From NCBI GenBank assembly GCA_028534125.1, contig CM052817.1, positions 57,910,001-57,974,000 on the forward strand: 64,000 nt of DNA. The letters run 5' to 3'. The position numbers were made by a program, and so were the translations under genes. Positions 1 through 12,250 of this stretch are shown here, piece by piece. Position 1 is the stretch's first letter. Each line of letters starts with the position of its first letter. The notes under the pieces were generated by a model. That model made no database searches and was not told where the DNA came from. It was given only the letters and a program-made list of their open reading frames with translations. Source of the stretch: Lama glama (Eukaryota).

Positions 1-629
1 AATTTTGCAGCCTATCAATATAAACATTTGCTTATGAGGGATATTTGGTCATCTTTTATCAATTTGTCCTTTATGTTCTTAATTAGAAAGTTAAAAATTA
101 TATGTTAGAGTAAAATATGTTGTATTTTTTCCTGACAAACTAATATGCTTCTCTTACTTAATATTAAGAATTATACGATTCATCATATTTCTATATTTCC
201 TTTTCTACCAGCCCACTCAAACCTAAATCTTGCTCTTAATTTCAATTTGTTTGCACATCTTAGGTCTTTCTGCCATTACTACTACTTTATTACCCTTGAT
301 TATACAGCTCTTGGACTTTGCTTTATGACTCTTATGTGCCTGTAATGCTTTCAAAATAAACCATCTGAAATATATTTTGCAAACAAGAAGTAGAAGCAAT
401 AGGCTTTCTGAATTTTATTTAGGAAGGACTTACAAGAGGCAATATGATCAAAAGGGTGTTCTAGGAGACAGAACTATATTCATAGAGGGAGTACCTTGTA
501 TTAATTTGCATTGCTTTTTTTTTTTCTTTCTTTAATGTGGCTATGAGTTGGGGAAATAGATCCTCCCCTATTTAATTCCCTGACAGGTATTATTATTACA
601 GATATATAGAAGTACATTAATAGTTTTAT

Positions 630-735
630 CCATTCATTCATTTATTTGATAAATATTTATCGAATGCCTGCCAAACACTGTCCTAGATGCCGGGGGTGCA
701 GTAGTCTTATACTGCCCTGCAGGTTCCATTCTAGC
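630..735 (-). mobile_element. L2 LINE 3' end fragment
   Basis: cattcattcatttatttgataaatatttatcgaatgcc...cactgtcctagatgc, typical of an L2 3' terminus. Confidence 0.55.
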
Positions 736-3700
736 AAATGAAAGGAGCACCTTATCTGTGCTGTCAAGGATAAGGCAAGGTCATCACTTACAATACTGCA
801 CAGGAATTAAAAATGGCATCCAACCAAAAAGAATAAAACAGGAAAGATTAGACTAAGAGAAAATATAAAAACACAAAATTCCCCCATTAATTTCATAAAT
901 TCAAGTTAATAGAAATCATTCAATTATTAGTGGTGTCTCACTATATGTTTTAGCTGCAAGCTTAAAATAATTAAAATGAATTTAAGATAATTTGAAAATT
1001 ATTTTTCTAGATTTTTGTAAACTTACATGTTTACTATTTCTTTGGGGGGTTATTATTACATAGTGGAAAGAATCAGAATTGGACATAAGTCTCTGTTCAA
1101 TTACCAGTGTGTTACCCTAGGGAGTTGTTTAACTCCTTTGAGCCTGACTTTCTGTCAGTCAAATTAAAGTAGAATACTTTACATCATTGGGAGAATTAAA
1201 CAATGTGCCAAATTTAGCTTACTTAGCATGTTGTTTGGCTCATCAAAATCACACGTAAATCTGTTTCTCTTCTTCCTCCAGCCCTTTTACTGTATGTTTA
1301 TAACCCCCTTGGTCCACATATAAATTTAACAGGTTTTTAATACTTTAAACCAACATAAAATTGAAAAGAGCTTAGGACTTTGCTTCCTGCAATTATCTTT
1401 TGACAATGTCAGTTTATGGAAGGCTATAATGAAATATTATTTTAAATGTTTTATACTATTTTAAGAAAAGAATTTCTCATGTGAGAAAGAAAGGAAGAAA
1501 CTGCTAAGAAATCTATTAATCTAGTAGAAGTTATTCCATATGCCCAACATTTTCCAAAGAATAACTTTTGCAGCCTTACATGTGGCTTTAAGTAATACAC
1601 AGCACCACCTACAAACAATGAAATCCTCAATCTTAGTCTTTTAACTCTTATTTATATTTTTGTTTCAACATAATAACATTTTTTGTTATTTTCTTGTAAT
1701 TTAAAAAAGAATATGAAAATAATAATAAATTAGAAAAAGAAAACTGAAATAAACCCATTATCTCATTACCTAGGAAGAACATGCTTTGCAATATGATTTC
1801 AATTCTATGTTTATGGTACCATGAAAAATGACATAAAAACCTCCTGATGCAACATAATCTAATGAGTTTCACAGTTTTGTTCTTATAAATTACTCAGTGA
1901 AAAAATAGGGTAAAACATAATTCATTATAAAAAATTTTGTGGGCCATGGGGGTGTAACAGAATGGTGGGGTCCAGATATACAAAACTCTGATGATACAGT
2001 TTAATCCAAGGATAGTATTTAGCATAGTTCAAAGAATGGATTCAGTAGTCTTCAGGCAGTCATGCCAGGAATATTATTTGTTTTTGACTTGTATTTGATG
2101 AGTATTAGTGAGTCTCAGAGAACAGCATTTGAGGTTAGGCCCTCTGACAGTTTCTGAAGAACAGATATTTTATGTCTCCAATTAAAGGATGATCCACACA
2201 CCTAAAGCCATTAGAGAAGCTGGGGATTCTCTGGGGAATTCCAGCCCACAATGGCTTAGTGGATTGATAATGAGATACAGAACCTCAGGCCTTTTGATCA
2301 CAAGGTCACTTGCAAGCTAGGATTGGGGTAACCAAAAGTCATTATTGATCAATACCTTACAGGAGCCAAAATGAATTGCTTAGCTCAGTTCAGTTTTTAT
2401 TACCATTTGAGAAACATATGCTATCAGTTATAGATCCAATGAGTGACCCTTTACCACTAAAGTTCATTTGTCCTAAAAGGGATCAAAATGTTTTTTTCAA
2501 ACCAGAGAAGCCAAAAGATCTATGTGTGTCACATTGTTCTGGTTATTTCTTAAGGTTTCAGGATGGTCTCTTCATCTACTTTTACTAAATCTAAGAAGAT
2601 GGATTTTAAACTGTATACTTAACAGAAACATTTTGCTTGGATTTTTCTAAATACTCTTCTGCTCTAAGCCAAAGACAGTTACTTGTGTCTTTTCCAGATA
2701 AGGAAGCTGTAATGTCTTTTTCTTAGTACTGAAAAACCATGTTAGAGTTGTGAAAATTATGCAGTTTCATTGCTCTTTTTGGTAACACATTGCTGCCTGG
2801 CTTGTCTGTGCTGGACCTCTTTGATCTTTTACTTATTCAGACTTTGTGGGATTGTTCTGTGGTATATCCGAGAAACAGATGCTTCGCACTCCATATGAAA
2901 GTCAACTGGAGTTTCGGCTGATGAATGTTGGTCGTAGTTTAAATAACCTCATATTATATACTCTCTAATAAGTCAACAAGATGATTATGTAAGTGAATGG
3001 CAAAGATTAAGGGGAGAAAAAAGTATTAAGACCAAAAAGTCAGTGGTTCAGAGAAAAAATAGGTCTTGTTTCAAATCCTGGTGTCCTGTATCTGGGACTA
3101 GAGACAAGACTATATACTTATAGTAATATAAAACCAAATAGTCATGAGGTTTCCAATTTTCCAATTCTGAAAGAAAACATTCCATGACTGAATATTTAGC
3201 AGGAACCTAATGCCTGGCACAGAAGTTGACAGAAAGATTAATTACACATACATCGAGCCTTCAGATAACATAATAGACCATAAGCAAATTGAGGGCCAAG
3301 AATATTCTTGCTTTATAAACTCAGTACTTAAGCAAGTATCTTGCTGAAGCTCACTGAAGGTTTGGGAAATTACTGAATGAATGAAGGAAGGAAGGTCTGG
3401 ATGAGTGAACTGTTCTAACTTGTTATTTACATGTCCAAAGGGTCTGCTGTGGAATATTTTACAGATGAGAGAGCTTGATGGAAGCTTGAGAATCAGAAAT
3501 TTGCTGGAGTAGTGAAATAATAAATTCCATGAAGCATCTCAAGTGGGAAAACAACCATAGAAAAGTCTTTGAGTAATTTAGTTCTCTACTATCTGCAGGG
3601 GGTGTACTTTTGTATTGCAATATAAATACAAAGCCTTATATATGATCCATGTTTAATTTATTTTCATGTGACTCCACTTTTTCTTCATCCATTCCTTAGT

Positions 3701-4239
3701 GGTAAAATACTAATTACCTCCAACCACTAGAATATCAGGATTAGAAAATAGAAGAACTAAATTTCTGATAATCATTTCATTACTTGGTTCTGATAGACAT
3801 TTTAAGAGCAAAATTTAAAGTGAATTTTTTGTATACTGACATAATTCAGTAATTTATGCTTTTCTTTATCATCATCATTGAGATTAACTTCAAATAATGC
3901 TACTGCAGCTGAAGTGTATATACAAAAATAGGGGTATATATTTTTTTCATAATTCAGCCTGTGCTGCATGAAAGGGCAAAGACACCATAGATGAGTTTTT
4001 GTTTGTGTGCATGTATATACAGCCTTGAATAAAATGTGGCTCTCTGGGTGGGGCACAGTGGAAAGGAAGTGTTACAAAATTTTTTCTCAATTTCCTTGTA
4101 GAGTAGAACAAAATGTTAAACTCCTTCATTCAGCCTATGCAAACAAAATTCCGTCATCAATGTGAAATTTCTCTTCAAAGTCATCAACACATGAAACATG
4201 AGTGAACCTAGGAAAGGAAAATTACTTCATGTTTTTCCC

Positions 4240-4532
4240 ATGGGTTTTCCTGATAATAATAACTGTGTTTTCCCATTTACCCCTAGCTTCATCAGACACC
4301 CTTCACTGCTTCCACAGATCATCCTACCAGGGGTCACAGATCACACAAAACCTACAGAAACAGGAAATCAAACTTCCTGAGTCCACTACAAAACACAGAA
4401 ACCTGCTTCCTCTACACATCTCAAACTGGCAGAGCTCTGTCTTAGCAGATCCAGTGTGGAAGCAGCTGTCAAAGAAGCCAGAAGGATCTTTTCCCCTAAT
4501 TTCACATAGCTTTCTTGCTTCAAGCTGCTGAG
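4240..4532 (+). promoter_or_regulatory. Probable MMRN1 proximal promoter/5'UTR with ETS and GATA motifs
   Basis: Directly upstream of the start codon: TGATAA (~4251), CAGGAAAT (4361-4368), ACTTCCTG (4372-4379), further CTTCC cores and an E-box CAGCTG. This fits endothelial/megakaryocyte expression of MMRN1. The TSS cannot be determined from sequence. Confidence 0.45.
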
Positions 4533-5119
4533 ATGAAAGGAGCAAGGCTGTTTATCCTGCTTTCTAGTTTATGGAGTGGGGGCTTTGGGCTAAAGGACAC
4601 TACACATACTTGGACTATACCTGAGGATGAGAACTCCCAGAAGAATGTGACCTCTACTTCGGTTCCTCTAAGCAGAATACAAAGTCGCCAGATGCTGCCA
4701 ACCACTCAGACCACATCTGCTGAGATGGCCACAGCTCCTGAGGCCAGCACCTCTGAAGAGGGTCTTCTGAAATCAACACTGCTTCCCTCGGAGACAAGCA
4801 CATCTCCCAAGGCTGTGAGAAACCAAACTCTCACGCCCACAGAGAAGCCAGAAAGGGTGCTGAAGTTACAAACTCCTGCCCTCCTGATCAGCTCTAGCAT
4901 CACGTTCAGTCCTAAAGCAGAGTCCGTGGTCCTTCCCAACTCCACACTGAAATTTCTTCAGAGCTTTGCCAGAAAGTCGAATGAACAAACCATTTCTCTA
5001 AACTCAGTTGGAGGTGTGGGAAATCGATCCCCCCGGGAAACATACCTCAGCAGAGGTGACAGCAGTGGCAGCCAAAGAACCAGCTATCAAAAACCAAGTT
5101 TTGAAACAACTAGAGGAAA
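4533..5119 (+). CDS. MMRN1: Multimerin 1 coding exon 1 (signal peptide, Ser/Thr-rich region, RGDS motif)
   Basis: ATG at 4533 (MKGARLFILLSSLWSGG, signal peptide-like) through ...YLSRGDSSGSQRTSYQKPSFETTRG(K). RGD codons at 5052-5060. Donor AA|GTAAGG at 5120, phase 2. Confidence 0.96.
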
Positions 5120-5429
5120 GTAAGGACCGTTCTTTTTTTCTTCTTTCTAACTATAAGGTTTATAAGATCACAGGCTAACAATTAAACTAACTCAGTCCCA
5201 GAAAACGATTTCATGTTCAAGAAGAAACCGGGTCATATTTCAGTTAGGTCAGGTAATTAAGTATTACCTTATCTAACAGGGAAAAGATGAATAAACAAAA
5301 GGCAGCAATTTGTTGTAATTGAAGTGGCTGAAGTCACTAATAGAGGTGCTTTAACTGGGGATAGTCACTAGCAATGTACCACCACAGTGACTGTTAATTT
5401 AATTAATTCAACTCAAGGGTTTGTTGGTT

Positions 5430-5650
5430 GTGCTCAGAACTGGGTTGGAAACCTGGCTCCACTGCTATCTAGATCCATGACTTTGTGCAAGTCAATTGAT
5501 CTCCCTGAATCTCAGTTTCTTCATTCGTAAAATACAGATATGATACAGTGAGTACCGATAAAAATACCAACTTTGCAGGGTTATCATGCAAGATTCGAAT
5601 TAATGAACTGTGCCTAGATGCATGCTTCTCACAGAATAGATGCTCAACAA
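5430..5650 (+). mobile_element. MIR SINE
   Basis: cctggctccactgct...gactttgtgcaagtca...ctccctgaatctcagtttcttcattcgtaaaat, MIR core. Confidence 0.6.
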
Positions 5651-7259
5651 ACCATATTTTACTAGTACTGTTACATTGAGTTATGCCATCATCAGGAATG
5701 TGTTGAATAGAAAAGACAATTTTTCAAATTGATTTTGATTTAAAATTAGAGAAAATTCAATCTGAACTGAAGCAAAATAATAACGCTTATAAGAGTATCA
5801 TTAAAGACTTTCAAGAGGACCAAAAAAAAAAAACCCAACAACAAAACAAAAACAAGGAAAAAAACCTGAGAAAAATGCAAGTCAGCGTTTTATTCATTTA
5901 ATGTTCAAAGTTATTTGCATGTTTGGAATACTAAAGGTTTAGTATTATGAAGCTGAAAGCTGTGCCTTTTACCGGTAATAAAATAGTTTCAAGACACCAA
6001 ATAATGCCTTGGGAGCTTGAGTTAAACACCTGACTAACTATATAAAATAATTTATGTTAATAATAGCAACTTGCACCTGCTATGTGCAAGATGGTGTGTT
6101 AACACTGTTGTTCACATAAAGAGGAGGGGACACTGGGAACAATATAAGCCAATAGAGTCATATTTATGTATTATTTGTTATTCAAATCCATTTTTCACTG
6201 TACTTCAAAGGATATAGAATTTTTTAATATGAAAGTGAATCTGATTTTAACTAAAAGCTTCTTAACTTGGTGGAATTTGGAACAATACAGTAAAAGAAAT
6301 GCTACAAATTGTAAAATTTGGGTAGACTTTGTCTATAACAGATGTTTTAACAGATATAAATTAAACTTTCTCATGTTTAGGAACAATAGAATGTGGTTTG
6401 TTAAATAATAGTAACAAATATCATTGAGAGCCTTTTCTAAGTCACTGGCAAGATCATTTCTATTAATCATATTTTGTTAGACTCCACAATTTTTAAACCC
6501 AATTATATAGAACTCTTAGGCATTCACAGGAAATGATCTGCATTGTTTAGTGATGCTGTCATCAAGAGATTTTTCAATAGAACAGTAAATATGACCAAAA
6601 GAAGAGGATGCTTTAAATTAAAATATCACTTAAATTTTACAGAGCATATAGAAAGTGGCATATGGTTGTTTCAAAATCAGAACTAGTGATTGATAATCTG
6701 ATGAATATACTAGTTTTTAAGTAAATGCCAATTGTTTTATCCAAAGTCCTCACTTTCAAAGCTATGAACCCTTATTTATTTGATGATTGTTTATATATTG
6801 CCTTGCCTATTATGTGCCTAACACTGTGCTCATCTCTGGGGTTACATAGAATTTTTTAAATAAGAATAATTCCTACTTCCAAGGAATCTGTCATTTAAAA
6901 AGTATGCGCTGGCATATCTATCAGATTTTTCAAATTTCAATATGTCTTAGAAGGACATTCAAGGTGTAACTTGATGAACAGAGCTTCATCCGATGGATTT
7001 TCCAATGAAAATAATTTTAAATTATTTATAGAGAAAGTACCAATGGTACTTAGAGACTCTACAACCTGAGGTCCTGGAGATCTGAGGTTTTCTTTTAGGA
7101 ACCCTTTCCATTAAGTCCCAACTTCTTACATATTCGGCCATGCAACTGATAATGGTATTAGAGAAAACTTAGGTCCATCTCATATGGACACAGTGCTGAT
7201 GCAAAGAAACCTTGATAAGGTCAAAAGAGGTCTTTTATATTTTTATTTGATTAGCAAAT

Positions 7260-7495
7260 AATAATAGCAAACACTTTGTGGAATTTGTTCCTAGTACTGT
7301 ACTGGATTCTGAGTAAATATATCTGTGTACCTATATTTTCAATTATTTCATCACCACCATATTTCCATGATGATTCTGTTATTATTTCATTACAGAGAGG
7401 TTAAGAAACTTAACCAAGGTCACTCAGCTAGTAAGTCTCAAGGTAGAAATTCCAACTCTGGCTGGCTGGCTTCAGAGACGTAGCTCTCAGTCCCT
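7260..7495 (-). mobile_element. MIR SINE
   Basis: acagagaggttaagaaacttaaccaaggtcactcagctagtaagt, reverse MIR core. Confidence 0.6.
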
Positions 7496-7559
7496 CTGTT
7501 ACATTCCTTCAGCAAATACAATATGTTACCCCAATTGGGAAAAGAAGACTGACCAGTTT

Positions 7560-8030
7560 ATTTCCCTGTCTCAGAGCCTTCAAAGGCTATTCTTTACCTC
7601 TAGCATAAAATCTAGGCTTCATACCAAGTTCGTCACACAACACCATCCATGACCAGGCTCCTGCCTACCTCTCCAGCCTCAGCTTCTGTGACTTTCTGGC
7701 AGTTAAAATGTGTAGTGCTCTAGTCCATTACACACCATTTGTTAAATTTATCTTTGTTCCCTGTTTGTCCCCCTGGTGGACATGGTCTTCCTTTCCCATC
7801 ACCTACTTCTTTGACACCTAATAATACTTCCAGGACGCCTTCTCAGGCTAACTTAGGTGGCCCCACTAACTGTTCACATAGCTCTCTTTGAATCTGTCTA
7901 TCAGCACACTTACAACAGTGCATTGTAATGATAGAGAACTTGTGATTTCCTTATGTACAGGTACACATTTTCAGTGCTAGTAAAGCTTTAGGCTTACAGT
8001 GGGTACATGATATTTAACAAACTAAATGTA
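7560..8030 (+). mobile_element. L2 LINE fragment
   Basis: ccttcaaaggct...aaaatctagg...ccatccatgaccaggctcctgcctacctctccagcctca, degraded L2 3' region. Confidence 0.5.
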
Positions 8031-8867
8031 AAATCTATGGACCAATATGAAAATACAAAGAAGAATCCTCCCCGAAGAAAAATTCTTGTTTCTTTATGAT
8101 AAAACCTGGTTGATTTGGGATAAACTCACCTTAGGTTTTGGGAGTTTTTTCCCCTACTACTCTTGGCATTTTTATAGTGACTCTAAGTAAGAGGAATAAT
8201 ACTTATGTCAATAAGTGACTGATTATTGGATGGATCTGGAGTTCAAAACAGAGATCAAGGCTAGAGAGACAAATTTGGGAGATATGGTATCTATAGAAGT
8301 ATGGATGCTCAGTTGAAGAGGGTTTTTTGTTGTTGTTGTTTTGTTTTTGTAAATAAGGGAGGGGAGAGAAAGCACACATCAGGGCTAGACCAGAAAGTTT
8401 CACTTTTTGTTGTATTTTAGTTTGTATACAGAATGGTCATAAATAAAATAAAATGTTAATGAAAAGGGTCAGAAGGGACATAAAAGTTGAATATGAAACA
8501 AGATGAATATTTTATTTGCTGAGTTTAATGACTTGATTTCTTTTAGAATTTCATTTGTTCTTTCTATCATCTACATACTTGGTTTATGAACAAATAGGAG
8601 GCTTGAATTAAATGAATTATGATTTCTAATATAATGTCTAAAATGACAAGTTCTACTATAATTCTTTTATTGGACCAAAGTCTTTTATTAGACCACTTGT
8701 AAATAGAAACTGTAAATACTATCATTTTAAAAATTAATGGTTTAAAATTACAAAAACAAACCATTGAATTAATTCAGTGGCCTATTATAATATGCATTTT
8801 TTCCTGCTTATTTCTGTGAATTGTGAGTAGGTTTTAGATGTGAAAAATCTGGTCAGTTAAACTCATG

Positions 8868-9225
8868 CTATCTTAGTCCATTCAGGCTGTTATAGCAAAA
8901 TGACAGACTGGACACCTTATAGACAACAGAAATTTATTTCTCACAGTTCCAGAAGCTGGAAGCCCAGGAGCAGGCTGCCAGCATGGTCAGTGAAGCCCTT
9001 TTTCAGGTTCCTGGCTTCACACTGTATCCCCACGTGGAGGGGAGAGGGGAGGGGTTCTCTCTAGGGTACTAATCCTTTTGTAAGGGTACTAATCCTTTCA
9101 TGAGGGCACTACCCAAAGACCCCAATTGTCTCCCAAAGACCCCCTCTCTCAATACTATTATAATGGTTATTTGGATGTCAACATAGGAACTTTTGGGCAA
9201 GGGCACAAACATTCAGCCTATATCA
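8868..9225. mobile_element. MaLR solo LTR (MLT1A-like)
   Basis: tcttagtccattcaggctgttatagcaaaa...aacagaaatttatttctcacagttcc...aaacattcagcc. Similar to the copies at 44939 and 49438. Confidence 0.75.
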
Positions 9226-11079
9226 TGTGTAGTTTGCAAAGTTCTTATCAAGACCTAATAACATCCAAAGGGATTATTCTCACATGCTGTAAAATTCTAA
9301 AACACATTATTATATTAAAGAGTATTTTTTATGTCCCTGAGAAATAAATGCATCTACTACATTACTGCCCGTAAAAACACTAAATAAAGTATATTCTGTA
9401 CCTGAATTTTTTCATTAATAATTTCCTTCTATTTCTTTGATATTTCTACTCACTAAATTGCTGAACATATAAATACATACTATATTATACATACTGGAAT
9501 TTAACAAGTGCTTATATAGTCCAGGTCATTAAATGACAAATGTTTATATTTCTACACCTGATATTTATTTAAATATGAAAATATTAATTTAAAATGTATT
9601 ATTTGGGGGGAACGTTTAGAGTCAGTATCCAAGAACAAGTGATTTATGTGAAGAATTATACATCACAGCATCTATTAGCCTGCCTTTCCAGAGGCTCTGT
9701 GGCCTGCACACTGGGAAAGTCTGACACCTACTGGAATAGAAACAGTTTACAATGTCCGTGAATATGATGAAGTCACAGTGTGGAGAAAGGAAACAGAAAA
9801 AAATTAAAAATTTTCAAAAATTAAATTAGGTAAAATAAAACAAATTAATGAAAAAAATTGTTTTAAAATAACTTTAAGAATTGCTACTGTTACATGTGTA
9901 ATGCATGTTATATGTATCTAATTCAATATACCACTTGAAACGTACTATTGTTGGCTTTAAAACTTGGAAAATAGATTGGATCCCAAAAGCAAACCCCATG
10001 CATATCCTAGGATGGGGACACATTCAGCTCATTCTCCTAAAATTTTACACTGAGAATATTGTCTGTACACAGTAACTTGTGACTCTGAGGCACTGTACAG
10101 CACCTGTCATCAAAATACTCAGTGACATTCACCATATTGTGCTCACTGTGGAAGGCAAATCAGTAATGCCTGACAAAAACTTTTTATTGCAAAAGTTGAT
10201 ATATAAAAGGGGTTTCTTCTTAAAACCTTAAATAACCAGAAAAGTGTCAGAAGTTCCCCATGATCTGAGCTTTTCACGATTGCCTCTCAAAATTTGTTTC
10301 AAATATTTATTTACATGATTCTTTTATAAAACTCATACTTTTATCCAGTTTAAATACTATACATAATTTTGAAAGAGGATGGACTATGTAGAGGTATTTG
10401 CACTAAAATGAAATTAACTACAACTTTTTAATTTGAAAATAGTCATTTTCTTAATGAGATTAGTATCGAGACAGACTTTTTTTGGAATAATACAAAACTG
10501 AATATAAAAGTCTAATGCTTTATTTGTATGTGCTTTACATGTTAAAATTTTTTGTACTAAATTTAAATGTTTGCTTCTAATTTCTATTATTTCTTCTTTC
10601 ATATTGTGTGTATTTCCTTTGGACTGCTTTCTCATTCATGACTAGTGAACTACATGTAAATCCTAGTCTCTCTCAAATTACTAATTTCTTTTTAGTTTGT
10701 TTAAAAAAAATAAAGATTCTTATAAAATAGAGATTACATAACATTTGGGGAGGCTTTATGTTTGTAACTGCTTAAGACTATAGAGACATCTTGAATATAT
10801 TCCTTCTGAGAGCTAAGCTCATTTATTATCATTTATACAGTGATAGTGTTCTTTAATGGTTTTCTGGAAATTATTATTGACCTGATATAAATAAGCAATT
10901 ATGGTTAAGATAAATTTATCAGGTCATTAAAGAAGCAAGAAAGGAACTGTCTCTACTTGTGTATGAAGCAAAAAAAAGAAAAACGGAGATATTTAAATAC
11001 CTGTATATGTATGGATATCTATTCCCTTTCACAAAAAATCCTACTGAACTCTCTGAATTATGTAATCATTATCAGCAGC

Positions 11080-11265
11080 AGCAAGTGTTTTATATATGTT
11101 ATATTAAGTCACTTAATCTCACAACAATCCCGTGAGGTAGGTAACATTATTGCATTTAGTGTATAGATGAGGAAGCTACATTTAATGAACAAGCTAATGG
11201 CTAATAAGTTGTGGAGTCAAGATGTAAAAGCAGGAAGTCTGGCTCCAGCACCAAGTCAACAACTA
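11080..11265 (-). mobile_element. MIR SINE
   Basis: ttaatctcacaacaatcccgtgaggtaggt...tagatgaggaagct. Confidence 0.55.
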
Positions 11266-11744
11266 TGTTCCAGGCCTCTCTATTCTGCGAAAATTTTCTT
11301 TATTATTTTGTTTCGCTTATGCGGGTATCCCCACTCCTGCACCTCTCCTTTCATGTAATTCAACAATAGGGAAAAAAAAAAAAAAAAGAAAAGCTCCAGA
11401 CACAGAAAGGCACACCCTTCTTCATATGGCCCCATGTATGGAGTAACAGAAGAGAATGAAAATCTCACTCAGTGGGCAACCTGTCGTCCTCAGAAATGAT
11501 CTTCTAAATCTGACTTAGGGCGGAGAAAGCATGTATCTGTGATGGCTACGCAGCTGGGAGGAAACCCTCATTTCCCTTCTCTCTTCTCTCTCTCTGTCCC
11601 TTTACTGCTCTCCTTTGTCTATCTTTTCATTTTGTCCTGCATTTATTTCTTCCTCTTCTTCTTCAGCTACCTCTGATTTTGGCAAGAGGCATGCAAAATG
11701 ATATAGAGCTTCCCATGGTAATTTTCTTCAGAATGAATGGATTT

Positions 11745-12250
11745 ATTTTTATTGTGGTAAAATAGACATAACACAAAATTTACCATTTTTATGATTTTTA
11801 AGTGTGTAGTTCTGTGGCATTAAGTATATTTATGCTGTTATGCAGCCATCACCAACATTCATTTCCAGAATTTTTTCATCTTCTCAAAATGAAACTCTGT
11901 ACCCATTAAATGAGAACTCCCTGTTCCTCCTGCCTTCCCTCCAGGCCCTGGCAACCACAATTCTAATTTCTGTCTCTATGAATTTGACTACGCTAGGTAC
12001 CTCATATAAATGGAATTATATAGTATTTGTCCTTCCATGACTGACTTACTTCACTTAGCATAATGTCTCAAAATTCATTCATCCATATTGTAGCATGTGA
12101 CAGAATTCTCTTCCTTTTTAAGGAACATTCCATCATAGGTAGATAAGCAAGTAGGTAGGTAACTAGACAGATAGACAGAAATCACATTTTGTGTATTTAT
12201 TCATCTGTCAGTGGACACTTGGGTTGTTTTCACCTTTTGGCTGTTGTTGT
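11745..12250 (-). mobile_element. Old L1 (L1MB-like) 3' end
   Basis: ttttattgtggtaaaatagacataacacaaaatttaccatt...gcaaccacaattct...ttcacttagcataatgtc...ggacacttgggttg. Confidence 0.8.
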
